Of a DNA stretch of 32,000 nt, positions 8,620 through 19,015 are shown piece after piece. The translations under genes were made by a program, and so were the position numbers. Below the pieces are notes generated by a model. That model was not told where the DNA came from. It was given only the letters and a program-made list of their open reading frames with translations, and ran no database searches. Origin of the DNA: a cyanobacterium endosymbiont of Epithemia turgida isolate EtSB Lake Yunoko (lineage in GTDB: Bacteria; Cyanobacteriota; Cyanobacteriia; Cyanobacteriales; Microcystaceae); NCBI RefSeq assembly GCF_000829235.1, contig NZ_AP012549.1:2762319-2794318 (forward strand), given 5' to 3'. Numbering within the stretch: the first letter of the stretch is position 1; every line of letters begins with the position of its first letter.

Positions 8620-10182
8620 ATGGAGCAGAAAAAAACAATGATCGCACAAAGCGAGTCTTCAACGATGGTATCTACAAGCAGGGGGAAGACTCCGGACTAT
8701 GATGTCATTGTAATTGGCTCAGGAATCGGAGGGTTAGTAACTGCCACTCAATTAGCAGTCAGGGGAGCAAAAGTCCTAGTATTAGAACGGTATTTAATTC
8801 CTGGAGGAAGTGCGGGATATTTTGAACGGGAAGGATATCGCTTTGATGTGGGTGCGTCTATGATTTTTGGGTTTGGTAGCAAAGGAACGACCAACTTACT
8901 TACTCGCGCCCTAGAAGCCGTTGACGTTAGTCTGGAAACAATTGAAGATCTTGTACAGATTCATTATCATTTACCTCAAGGATTAGACCTAAAAGTTTAT
9001 CGAGACTATGAAAAATTTATAGAAGAATTAATCACTAAATTTCCGCAAGAGAAAACAGGAATTCGCCGTTTTTACGATGAATGTTGGAAAGTCTTTAACT
9101 GCCTCAATACCATGGAGTTACTTTCCTTGGAAGAACCTCGTTACTTAACACGGGTCTTTTTCCAGAATCCCATGTCCTGTTTAAAGTTGATTAAATATTT
9201 ACCACAAAATGTGGGAGAAATTGCCAGACGCTATGTCAGTGATCTCCAACTATTGAAATTCATTGATATGGAATGTTACTGCTGGTCAGTGGTTCGGTCC
9301 GATCTCACCCCAATGATCAATGCAGGGATGGTATTTTCTGACCGTCATTATGGAGGTATTAATTATCCTAAAGGAGGAGTAGGACAAATTGCCCAGAAAT
9401 TAGTGGAAGGACTTGAAAAAGTAAAGGGAAAAGTTCAGTATAAAGCTAGAGTCACTAAAATTTTGCTAGAAAAGAAAAAAGCGGTGGGCGTAGAATTAGC
9501 CAATGGCCAACAATATTTTGCTAAGCGTATTGTTTCTAATGCCACTCGTTGGGATACTTTTGAAAAATTATTGACTCCAAAAGTAATGCTGGCTAAGGAA
9601 AACCGATGGAGAAATCGTTATCAAAAATCCCCCAGTTTTCTTAGTTTACATTTAGGGGTAAAGGCTGATTTATTGCCTCCTCAAACCGAATGTCATCACG
9701 TTTTGTTAGAAAATTGGGACAAAATGGAAGCTGAACAGGGAACGATTTTTGTTTCTATTCCCACGCTTCTTGATCCGAGTTTAGCTCCTCGTGATCATCA
9801 TATTATCCACACCTTTACCCCAAGCTGGATTAAAGGATGGCAAGGACTTTCTACTAGAGAATACCAAAAACAAAAAAAAAGAGCTACTAATGATTTAATT
9901 GGAAGATTAGAAAAAATTTTTCCAGGTTTAAGTCAAGCTTTGGACTATCAAGCAGTGGGAACCCCCCGAACTCATCGAAGGTTTTTAGGACGAGATGACG
10001 GAACCTATGGACCTATTCCAAAGCGAAAATTAGCAGGGTTGTTGGGAATGCCTTTTAACCAAACTGCGATCACTGGACTTTATTGTGTGGGAGACAGTAC
10101 TTTTCCTGGACAAGGGTTAAATGCAGTTGCTTTCTCGGGGTTTGCTTGCAGCCATCGTATTGCCGTTGATCTAGGTTTGTAA
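8620..10182 (+). CDS. crtH: Carotenoid (prolycopene) cis-trans isomerase, CRTISO/CrtH type FAD-dependent oxidoreductase
   Basis: 520-aa ORF with the dinucleotide-binding motif DVIVIGSGIGGL. The blocks LERYLIPGGSAGYFEREGYRFDVGASMIFGFG and the C-terminal GLYCVGDSTFPGQGLNAV match the CrtH/CRTISO family as I remember it. Confidence 0.8.
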   Translation: MEQKKTMIAQSESSTMVSTSRGKTPDYDVIVIGSGIGGLVTATQLAVRGAKVLVLERYLIPGGSAGYFEREGYRFDVGASMIFGFGSKGTTNLLTRALEAVDVSLETIEDLVQIHYHLPQGLDLKVYRDYEKFIEELITKFPQEKTGIRRFYDECWKVFNCLNTMELLSLEEPRYLTRVFFQNPMSCLKLIKYLPQNVGEIARRYVSDLQLLKFIDMECYCWSVVRSDLTPMINAGMVFSDRHYGGINYPKGGVGQIAQKLVEGLEKVKGKVQYKARVTKILLEKKKAVGVELANGQQYFAKRIVSNATRWDTFEKLLTPKVMLAKENRWRNRYQKSPSFLSLHLGVKADLLPPQTECHHVLLENWDKMEAEQGTIFVSIPTLLDPSLAPRDHHIIHTFTPSWIKGWQGLSTREYQKQKKRATNDLIGRLEKIFPGLSQALDYQAVGTPRTHRRFLGRDDGTYGPIPKRKLAGLLGMPFNQTAITGLYCVGDSTFPGQGLNAVAFSGFACSHRIAVDLGL

Positions 10183-11693
10183 AACTTGTCCTGAAAACCT
10201 ATTCTATGGCGCGTTGAGTTCTTGTCATGATTGAAGTGCAAATACAATTGAATCTAACTAAAAATTTCTTAGTGGACTAGACATCCAATAAAAATAAGTG
10301 GAGCAAAAAACTATTTTAAGTTATCAGCGAATGGTTAACAGCCAACGGTGACTCATTAATGATCACTGTTTATCTCCGAATTGTTTATTCAACTTCTAGA
10401 AATATGGTAGTACTTAAATACTATATGATAAAAAATTATGTAATTTATAACAATACATTATTTATTCTATTTAAACCATTGCTGATTAAAAGGTAACACC
10501 GTCAAATACTGCTCCCATTCTTACTAAGATAGATAATTAGCAACTATTCGAGTTTCTAAATAAATATTGTCATAGTTAACATTTCAACTTTGGATTGACA
10601 AACCAATCCTAACTACTAAAAGTGAGGGCAATTATTAGGTTTTCTCAAACCATCAATGATATCTTAACACACAATTTTACTGATATGTTGGAGGAATAAT
10701 TTTCAAGAAACCCCTATATTTTAGGGAAAAATTAAGGTGATTACAATAGAGAAAATTTAATTTCCATTTAATTGAATAGTAATCGCTTGTAACTTTAATT
10801 ACTGTAAATAATCTATCACCGGTAATTTATCTTTCAAAAATCATTATACTAATTACTCTTTAGTATGAATATCTGTAGTCTTCAATATAAAAGTACATAT
10901 TTAAATTTGAGTAGATAATAACCCGTAAACAACTTGTGTATAATAAACAACAAATAAATAATATTGATCCGTTTTTATTGGGTATAAAATTCGCAATATT
11001 TTAACTGTTGTAAAAAATAATTGTAATTTTCTGGTAACAAAAATTAACCAATTATGTTCTTAAAGAGCAATCATATAAAACAAAAGTTATTAACTAGATA
11101 AAAGAAAGAAATCTACACTTAGAAGATAAAATATTAAAATTGAAAATATTAACGTTTTATCTTTACTTTAACTAATTTTTAAAAATTAATTGAAGAGATA
11201 AACAAGTTTTCATAAAAAATATAAATTATAAAATTTGGAGGTCAGCTTTAATCGGCTACTATCGGAGAGTAAAACTACTAACTTGACTTCTTAAGAATCT
11301 ATTAATAGATACTAATTTCATGAAAAAATATTCGATATATCTAGTATTTTAAAAAAATTTTAATACTTATGTTCTCCTAGAAAATACACAAAAATTATAT
11401 AAAAAATCCTTAAACTATAATTACATTACGCAATTTTAGGTTTTTTTTATTTAATAATATTTATTATCTTAGCAATAAAATTTTTATATATTTTTTAAGT
11501 TTTTTCATAGATAAAAATTGTGTATTTTGGTAGAAAATAATTGCTCTTATTAACGTAGGGTTAACTATATTACAAGAAATAGTAGAATTACTTAATGACA
11601 CAATTAAAATAACTCATGAATTAATAGGTAATCTTGAAGACGGTATAATTGTTGTAAGATTAAGTCGTTACTTAATAGCTATCTTCGATTTTT

Positions 11694-13385
11694 ATGCTTA
11701 CCCAGAGAGTATTGTATAAATCGCCACGTTGGCAACGCTCTAAACTTTCTCCTATGATGCGTCAATGGGAGATTTTAGGGTTTAGTTTTAAATTTTTTCT
11801 AGGGTTAGGATGGGATAAACTGATTCGGAATAATTCCTCTAAACGTAGACATAAACGTGCAAGATGGTTGGTAAAAAACTTGTTAGAATTAGGTCCAACA
11901 TTTATTAAAATCGGTCAATCTCTTTCTACCCGTGTTGATATTATTCCCTTTGAATATATTCAAGAATTGAGTCAATTACAAGATCGGGTTCCTCCTTTTA
12001 ATTCTGATGAGGCAATCAAAGTAATAGAAACTGAACTGGGTAAGTCAATTAATGAGTTATTTAAGGACTTTAAGTCAATCCCCCTAGCCTCAGCAAGTTT
12101 AGGACAAGTTCATCGCGCTAAATTGTATACAGGACAAGAAGTTGTTGTTAAAGTTCAACGGACTGGATTAGAAAAAATTTTTAATTTAGATTTTGAAATT
12201 ATACATCGTTTAATTCGTTTACTTAATCGCTATCTTTCTAATTTAAGACAATATCAACTCGAAGCAATTTACAAAGAATTTTTTGAGCTTTTATTTCAAG
12301 AAATAGATTATATTCGTGAAGGTAAAAATGCCGAGCGGTTTCGAAAAAACTTCAAACACTACTCGCAAATTAAAGTGCCTAAAGTTTATTGGAAATATAC
12401 TACTAAAAATATCTTAGTATTAGAATATCTCCCAGGAATTAAAGTAGATGATCGTACTACTTTAAAGGATAGCAGAATTAATTTGGATAGTATCATCCAA
12501 CTAGGAATTTGCTCTTATCTAAAACAATTATTAATTGATGGTTTTTTTCAATCAGATCCCCACCCTGGAAATATGGCTGTAAGTCAAAGAGGGGAATTAA
12601 TTTTTTATGATTTTGGTTCTATGACAGAAGTTAAATTGATGGACAAAGAACAAATGATTCAAACCTTTTTTGCCGTCTTAAAAAGAGATACGGATAAAGT
12701 AGTTGAAACTTTAGTCTATATGGGGTTAATTGAACCCTTGAAAGACATGAGTGCTATCAAACAGATTGTTGGATTTATCTTGGAAAATTTTCGAGATAAA
12801 CCGGTAGATGTTAAAGCATTTGAAGTTATTAACGATGAAGTGTATTTAATGTTCAAAAAACAACCCTTTCGTTTACCGCCTCAGATGACGTTTATTATTA
12901 AATCTTTAACTACCCTCGATGGTATTGCCCGTGCACTAGATCCTCAATATAATTTCTTAACAGCAAGCAAACCTTTTGTCAAAAGTATTGCCTTAAGTAA
13001 TGGACAAGGAATAGTTATTAGTGCCATAGCTCAACAAGCAAAAGACTTTATTAAAAAAACCTGGCAAAATCCCAACTCAACTAATCGATTAATGCAAAGG
13101 CTGGTGCAAAAATTTGACCAAGAGGAACTGCAATTTCGGATTCGTTATCTAGAAGAAAATAAAAAAAACTTTAAACTCATTAGTTTAGGGATTAAGTGTT
13201 TGATTTATACCTGTTTAACAGGATTTACTTTGTTATTAACTTTGATATTAGTCATCTCCACATATTTTAAATTAGCTGTGGTTGGTTTTGGCTTATCAGG
13301 GTTATTTGGCTTATTTTTTTTGCGTTCCATAATTACCTTGATGAATCAGGAAAAAATTAACAATGTTTTTGATCACAAAAGTTAG
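11694..13385 (+). CDS. ABC1/UbiB (AarF) family atypical protein kinase with a C-terminal membrane segment
   Basis: 563-aa ORF. It has the ABC1 signature LGPTFIKIGQSLSTRVDIIPFEYIQELSQLQDRVPPF, the lysine region ASLGQVHRA, the catalytic-loop-like FFQSDPHPGNM, and a hydrophobic C-terminus. Confidence 0.88.
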   Translation: MLTQRVLYKSPRWQRSKLSPMMRQWEILGFSFKFFLGLGWDKLIRNNSSKRRHKRARWLVKNLLELGPTFIKIGQSLSTRVDIIPFEYIQELSQLQDRVPPFNSDEAIKVIETELGKSINELFKDFKSIPLASASLGQVHRAKLYTGQEVVVKVQRTGLEKIFNLDFEIIHRLIRLLNRYLSNLRQYQLEAIYKEFFELLFQEIDYIREGKNAERFRKNFKHYSQIKVPKVYWKYTTKNILVLEYLPGIKVDDRTTLKDSRINLDSIIQLGICSYLKQLLIDGFFQSDPHPGNMAVSQRGELIFYDFGSMTEVKLMDKEQMIQTFFAVLKRDTDKVVETLVYMGLIEPLKDMSAIKQIVGFILENFRDKPVDVKAFEVINDEVYLMFKKQPFRLPPQMTFIIKSLTTLDGIARALDPQYNFLTASKPFVKSIALSNGQGIVISAIAQQAKDFIKKTWQNPNSTNRLMQRLVQKFDQEELQFRIRYLEENKKNFKLISLGIKCLIYTCLTGFTLLLTLILVISTYFKLAVVGFGLSGLFGLFFLRSIITLMNQEKINNVFDHKS

Positions 13386-13428
13386 CTCATCAACTTTTTT
13401 ATTTTGTGTTTTTCTTAATGTAGAATCA

Positions 13429-14283
13429 CTATTCATGCCAACTCGAACGCCAAGCAGTTTCGGCCTCTACTCTTGCGTATTCCTGTTGCGCCTGACGATA
13501 ACTTTGATGTATTTTTTTAATTTTTTCTAAACCCTTACGAATTTCTTTACGTTTCAGACTTAAAGTTGCATTAGCAAAGACGATTTCTGATAATTGTAAC
13601 TGAATAGCAGAAAATCTAGTAATTTCCGATTCAGATTTTTCTTCTTTTTCCTTTGTTTCTCGATTAGTCTCCACCAACAAATTAATGATGTTAGGTGTTC
13701 TCCCAGCAGATACTTCTCCTTCTTCAGCTTTAAAAGCCATTTCTAATAACTGAGGAGGCAAATTGGGAGAGATGATTTGAGCTTGCTGCAAATAATTATT
13801 AGCTTTTTTAGAAAGACTTTCTAAAGTGTCATTAATTCTCTGTTCTATAGTCTTACACCAGTTCACTAACTCTTCAGGATTTTCAATTTTTAAAACTTGA
13901 GATTCTGGATCTACTTCTGAATCATCTATCTTAGATGAAGGTTCTTCTAATTCAGATAACAATACTATTTGCTCCTTAACGGTAGCCTGTAGAACAGAAG
14001 AAGAGGTTTCTGAATGAAATTCAATTTCATATTGAATTTCTTGACATAATTGACGTAAATTATTTTGTAGGGTTTCCCTTTGACTAAAAGATAATTTTAA
14101 AAATTGTTCAGGGTAAATTTGAGTACAAATATGATAGCAAGCTAAAATTAATTGTTGTTGAGCCGAATTACTTAAAGATTTTAAGTAATTACTATAAAGT
14201 ATATTTAATTCAAGTGCAAGTTCCTTAGTTTTTTCTTCAAAGACTTTCAGATCTTGTCTAATTTGCTGGAGAGATTTGGGCAT
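13429..14283 (-). CDS. Hypothetical protein, predicted largely helical/coiled-coil with an acidic central region
   Basis: 284-aa ORF with coding-like composition. I recognised no catalytic motif. It is rich in heptad-like Q/E/L stretches. Confidence 0.6.
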   Translation of the reverse strand: MPKSLQQIRQDLKVFEEKTKELALELNILYSNYLKSLSNSAQQQLILACYHICTQIYPEQFLKLSFSQRETLQNNLRQLCQEIQYEIEFHSETSSSVLQATVKEQIVLLSELEEPSSKIDDSEVDPESQVLKIENPEELVNWCKTIEQRINDTLESLSKKANNYLQQAQIISPNLPPQLLEMAFKAEEGEVSAGRTPNIINLLVETNRETKEKEEKSESEITRFSAIQLQLSEIVFANATLSLKRKEIRKGLEKIKKIHQSYRQAQQEYARVEAETAWRSSWHE

Positions 14284-14349
14284 AATTTAAGATTGATTTA
14301 GATAACTTTCTAACTAACAGTTTACTTAATAAATTTACGATTAATGTCA

Positions 14350-14392
14350 AAAAGGCAAAAGTTTAGCAATATTGCTCTTTCTTTTGCCTTTT
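14350..14392 (-). terminator. Candidate intrinsic terminator downstream of tsf
   Basis: A perfect 12-bp stem pairs AAAAGGCAAAAG (14350-14361) with CTTTTGCCTTTT (14381-14392). An inner AGCAAT/ATTGCT palindrome sits in the loop region. On the minus strand the 3' arm ends in a T-run. The element lies about 157 nt below the tsf stop and upstream of the next minus-strand gene. Confidence 0.45.
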
Positions 14393-14548
14393 ACAAAAAG
14401 TCTACATAAAAAGAAGACTATCCTTTCTTTTCCCTTTTTTGGAGAGAGTCTTTAATATATTTCAGCTTCAGCTGACGGAGTCGACTTTCTTTCTGTAGAA
14501 GTTCCTAGTTTTTTGGGAAACTTCTTCGACTTTCTCTTCTACTATAAC

Positions 14549-15220
14549 TTATAGCTCAGAACTTATTTGACCAGTTTGTTCTGCTACCTCTTTAGCAAAA
14601 TTAATTTCCACTTTTTCAATTCCTTCTCCAAGAACAAAGCGAGTAAAACGGCGGACTTGAATATTTTCCCCTAGTTGAGAAATAGTTTGTTTAATCAATT
14701 CTTCAATATCAATGCTTTGGTCGCGAATATAGGGTTGGTTCATCAAAGATAATTCTTTGATACGTTTGTCAATACGTCCTTGAACAATCTTTTCCTTGAT
14801 GTTGTCAGGTTTATTAGCTAGGTCATCTCGCCCCATCTCGATTTCTTTTTCCTTAGCGATGATGGTTTGCGGAATATCTGCCCCTCGAATATACTCCACA
14901 TTAGGACAAGCGGCAATTTGCATAGCCACATTGCGAACAAGATTTTTAAATTCATCTCTGCGAGCAACAAAGTCAGTTTCGCAATTAACTTCTACGAGAA
15001 CCCCAATGCGGCCTCCCGTATGAATATAACTTTCTACTAGTCCTTCTGCCGTTTGTCGTCCAGATTTTTTCTCGGCTGAGGTGATCCCTTTTTGCCGTAG
15101 CCATTCTATGGACTTAGTTATATTGCCTTGGTTTTCTCGAAGTGCTTTCTTGCAATCCATCATGCCAGCACCTGTCTTTTCTCGAAGCTCTTTAACCTGT
15201 TTTGCTGAGATTTCCGTCAT
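14549..15220 (-). CDS. tsf: Translation elongation factor Ts
   Basis: 223-aa ORF. The N-terminal UBA-like block [19 protein letters not shown] and the core [12 protein letters not shown] are classic EF-Ts motifs. It lies downstream of rpsB on the same strand. Confidence 0.95.
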   Translation of the reverse strand: MTEISAKQVKELREKTGAGMMDCKKALRENQGNITKSIEWLRQKGITSAEKKSGRQTAEGLVESYIHTGGRIGVLVEVNCETDFVARRDEFKNLVRNVAMQIAACPNVEYIRGADIPQTIIAKEKEIEMGRDDLANKPDNIKEKIVQGRIDKRIKELSLMNQPYIRDQSIDIEELIKQTISQLGENIQVRRFTRFVLGEGIEKVEINFAKEVAEQTGQISSEL

Positions 15221-15555
15221 GTTAACTTTATGTTCCTAATGCTTTAACTGTAATGACTTGAACCGCTAAGATTAAACTGTAGTTGCCGTCTCAGATCCTC
15301 AGCAACATCACTTCTGCTAAATCCCTTCCATCGAACGAATTAGTGTTTCGATATTTGGATTTCCAGACTGATTAGGTTTTCTTGATCATTTTTCCAAATT
15401 ACCCTGTTGGCTTTAGTGTTAGGCTTAATTGGTTGAGTGACCTTCAGTAGGTGTTTTTTTACCCGTCTTAGAATCCTATCACAAGTCACACTCTACAATT
15501 TATCTTTAATCATAAGGAAATTCGGTAGTGCTTATTTTATTTAATCAGAATGGCG

Positions 15556-15585
15556 GGAGATGTCTAGATATTGCATAGACATCCC
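15556..15585 (-). other. Intercistronic stem-loop just downstream of the rpsB stop
   Basis: GGAGATGTCTA pairs with TAGACATCC, giving 8 contiguous bp plus 2 more after a 1-nt bulge, with a 9-nt loop. No T-run follows on the minus strand, so it is probably not a terminator. It could be a processing or stability element. Confidence 0.3.
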
Positions 15586-15613
15586 GTAAACTTAGTCCTA
15601 AAATGAAGCGAAT

Positions 15614-16450
15614 TTACTCCTCTTCTTCATGATTCGTTTCAGCAATGATCTCTTGTGGATCTACACCTTCTGTTTGATCCTCTTCTCTTTCATAATCATC
15701 ATAGTCTTCATAATCATCTCCGTCGAGGTTTTCTTCGAACTCCTCGTAATCCCCTTGGGAACTAAGTTCACCATGACGACCTTCATAAATAGCATCAGCT
15801 AATTTACCTAGAATCAGCTTAATCGAACGAATAGCATCGTCATTAGCCGGAATAGGAATATCAGCAAAGTCAGGATCACAGTTAGTATCTAGAAGAGAAA
15901 TAATGGGAATTCCTAGTTTTTGGCACTCAGAAATGGCATTGTATTCCCGTCGCTGATCGACAATGACAACCACATCGGGAGGTTTGCGCATCGTTTTAAT
16001 CCCACCTAGGTACTTATCGAGTTTCCCTAGTTCTCGTCGTAACATCGAACCTTCTTTTTTGGGACGGCGAGCTAGGTTTCCATTAGTTTCCATAAACTCT
16101 AATTCCTTGAGGCGTTCAACCCGGGTTTTTATGGTTTCCCAGTTTGTGAGCATTCCTCCTAACCAACGTTGGTTAACGTAATTTGCTCCACAACGAAAGG
16201 CTTCTTGAGCAATAATCCCAGCTGCTTGACGTTTAGTTCCCACAAAAAGAAACCGCTTCCCTTTACTTGAAGAGATACGTACATATTCGTAAGCATCTTC
16301 CATTAATTGGGCGGTTTGTACTAAATCTATAATATGAACCCCATTACGAGCTGTGTAAATATAGCGGTCCATTTTGGGGTTCCAGCGGCGGGTTTGATGA
16401 CCGAAGTGTACTCCAGACTCTAGCAATTCTGCAAGGGAAACAACTGACAT
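15614..16450 (-). CDS. rpsB: 30S ribosomal protein S2
   Basis: [19 protein letters not shown] and the rest of the sequence are canonical S2. The start is taken at the internal ATG (complement of 16448-16450, [10 protein letters not shown]), which has AGGAGA upstream. The track ORF extends 20 codons further. There is an acidic C-terminal tail. Confidence 0.95.
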   Translation of the reverse strand: MSVVSLAELLESGVHFGHQTRRWNPKMDRYIYTARNGVHIIDLVQTAQLMEDAYEYVRISSSKGKRFLFVGTKRQAAGIIAQEAFRCGANYVNQRWLGGMLTNWETIKTRVERLKELEFMETNGNLARRPKKEGSMLRRELGKLDKYLGGIKTMRKPPDVVVIVDQRREYNAISECQKLGIPIISLLDTNCDPDFADIPIPANDDAIRSIKLILGKLADAIYEGRHGELSSQGDYEEFEENLDGDDYEDYDDYEREEDQTEGVDPQEIIAETNHEEEE

Positions 16451-16594
16451 GTTTAACTTTCTCCTATTCGGGTTTATCCTCCACTCAGATGGATTTCTCA
16501 CAAGAAACACCCGAAGTTCTGAATGTGCGATATGTTTACTGCACTCTGACTATATCACATTTTATATCTAAATCTCGGGTGTACTCTCAGAAAA

Positions 16595-16633
16595 TATTTA
16601 GTCTGTAACTTCAGTAAAGTTACAGACTAAATA
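16595..16633 (-). terminator. 17-bp perfect hairpin followed by a T-run on the minus strand, upstream of rpsB (orphan terminator or attenuator)
   Basis: TATTTAGTCTGTAACTT (16595-16611) pairs perfectly with AAGTTACAGACTAAATA (16617-16633), with loop CAGTA. On the minus strand the hairpin is followed directly by TTTTCTGAG. It sits about 145 nt upstream of the rpsB ATG, at the edge of a 1.1-kb gene-free spacer. Confidence 0.4.
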
Positions 16634-17613
16634 ATGGTGGTGGTCGCGATATCAGTGGAAAATTAAAGTTTATCTATTAAACCCCAAAAATAGCTTTTAA
16701 TAAATATTAAAGATGCTAACAATGTTGTCTCTTTGTATTCAATTTATAGAACTTAATTTATATTGATTTAACAGGTATTTATCAGGGCAACTCTTTTGAG
16801 TAATACTTTGCTTTATTTGTCTTGTCTCAATTATGTTTATTTTTTAACATCCCTTCAGTAATTTAATAAATTTTATCTGATGTCATGTCCTTCCTATCAA
16901 ATTCTGTACTGAACTATCAATTAGTAAAATTATAGATGCAATTATTTTATTGCAATTTAATCAAGCAGCTCACTTGCATATACTAAACAATAATTAATTA
17001 TAGTAAAACGCAATAATTAACACCTCTATTTGCCTTTAAAATCAAAAAAATTTTTATTTTAAGAAGTTGTCAATAATATGTATTTATGCTGTATGAATTA
17101 ATTAATTATTTTTCTGTTTATATTTATAGATTTGTATTTTTTCCATATTTTAACTTTAATTACTTTTCTATTTTAGAATATATATGCAATTAAGATTTGA
17201 TAATAATGTTTAAAACAATATTTATTTATAACTTATTAAGGTTAATTAATTATAAAAATACTAAATTACGATTAATTAATGATTAATACAAAAATAAAAT
17301 TGACAATCAAGAGAAAATAATAACTCCCACAATCAATTAAAAGTATTCGAGGTTTTGAAGTGATTCTCAACTCAAAACGGTTTAAATTTTTCCTAGTTGA
17401 TCGCTCCTAGACAAAATATCATATTTTCATCACTGTAAAAAAAAATTTAAATAATTATTCTACCAACGCTTATAATTACTTTTCTCCTAATAAATTTTAT
17501 ACTGTAGAGCACTTAATAATCAATGTGCAATACATTTGCTTATTTTTCAATTAATATCCTTTGTTCAAAAAGATGTTAAAATCAGGGTATATATATAATT
17601 ATTGATAGAACTG

Positions 17614-18375
17614 ATGGGAGAAACAATCACCCTATTATCGAAACGAGAAATAGAAAAAATGCGACGAGCTGGACGTTTAGCAGCCCAGTTATTAGATCAT
17701 CTAGCCCCAATGGTCAAGTCAGGCATAAGTACTTTGTACTTAAATGAAGAGGCTGAACGTTGGACTCAATCGCACAACGCTACTAGCGCGCCCCTAGGTT
17801 ATCATGGCTTTCCTAAATCAATTTGTACTAGCATCAACAAGGTAATTTGTCATGGTATCCCTAATGCTAAGCAAATTCTTAAAGAAGGGGACATTATAAA
17901 CATTGATGTTACACCTATTCTTGATGGTTATCACGGTGATACCTCCCGTACTTTTTTTGTCGGAACTCCTTCCTCAAAAGCTCGACAATTAGTAGAAGTT
18001 ACAGAGGAGTGTTTAAGAAGGGGGATTGCTGTAGTGAAGCCTGGAGCTAAAATTGGGGATATTGGAGCTGCAATTCAAGAATACGCTGAATCCTACGGTT
18101 TCTCAGTAGTTAGAGATTTCGTTGGTCATGGAATTAGCAATATTTTCCATACACCTCCCCAAATTCCCCATTTTGGACAACGGGGAAAAGGAAAACGCAT
18201 TCGTCCAGGGATGGTATTTACGATTGAACCCATGATTAATGAGGGAACCTGGGAAGCGGTAGTATTAAACGATGGCTGGACAGCAATTACGAAAGACGGC
18301 AAACTTTCAGCCCAATTTGAACATACTCTCGCGGTAACAGAAACAGGAGTAGAAATTTTAACTTTACCTGATTAA
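17614..18375 (+). CDS. map: Methionine aminopeptidase, type I
   Basis: The metal-ligand context motifs VCHGIP, DIINIDV, GYHGD, VGHGIS and FTIEPM, plus FEHT, are typical of MAP type I. The track start is TTG at 17602; the ATG at 17614 (MGETITLLS) was chosen. Confidence 0.93.
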   Translation: MGETITLLSKREIEKMRRAGRLAAQLLDHLAPMVKSGISTLYLNEEAERWTQSHNATSAPLGYHGFPKSICTSINKVICHGIPNAKQILKEGDIINIDVTPILDGYHGDTSRTFFVGTPSSKARQLVEVTEECLRRGIAVVKPGAKIGDIGAAIQEYAESYGFSVVRDFVGHGISNIFHTPPQIPHFGQRGKGKRIRPGMVFTIEPMINEGTWEAVVLNDGWTAITKDGKLSAQFEHTLAVTETGVEILTLPD

Positions 18376-19015
18376 TGATGTTACTTAAGATTATGTACTT
18401 GATTTAAAATTAACTAGCTAAGGAAAAGAAACACCGTAACGGTCAACACTCAAACAGGGTTAAAACCTAACGGTAACTGTTTTAAGTTAATTTTTTTTGC
18501 TGCTATTATTATAATAGAAGTTATGCTAAGCTATTGCAAATCATAAAATTAAACTCTGAAGAGTACAGAAACAAAGATTTAGTCTTTTATTAGTTATTAG
18601 TTAGGCATAGTAAATATGGTAGGAATGTTTTTTATGTTGGTACAAAATCTTAGTTTAAATTATCAGACGGCATTTGTTACTGTAGCTACCGTAAACTTTA
18701 GTACTACAGTTAGATTTCACTAACAACTTTTAGCCAAATTTCTTAATCTCCATCTTCCCAAACGTTATGCTGAATTTCAGCTACCTGGATTACGGTTAGG
18801 GGTTTTTTATCCTGAGTGGTAGTATCAGTCTCTGTTTATAAATAGAAAATTTAGAAACAGCGATCACCTGTTTGAATTCATTGAGGGCTGAACCATCTAA
18901 TTCTATTACCATTGCTTCTCACCGCAGAGAAGTCTATGCTTACAATCCCATAATAAATCGATTGATATTGCATTAGTCAATTGGACAAGTTACCTGATAG
19001 GTAGGAGCATAATTA

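Noticed and set aside
10348-10366. Near-palindrome GTGACTCATTAATGATCAC downstream of crtH
   Set aside because: It is short, imperfect, single-copy and AT-rich, and is not positioned in front of any gene. I cannot distinguish it from chance.
14796-15023. 75-aa plus-strand ORF
   Set aside because: It is antisense inside tsf (shadow ORF).
15963-16181. 72-aa plus-strand ORF
   Set aside because: It is antisense inside rpsB (shadow ORF).
16451-16510. 20-codon N-terminal extension of rpsB in the track ORF ([20 protein letters not shown])
   Set aside because: The canonical S2 N-terminus begins at [10 protein letters not shown]. That ATG has an AGGAGA Shine-Dalgarno, and the extension has no homology to S2.
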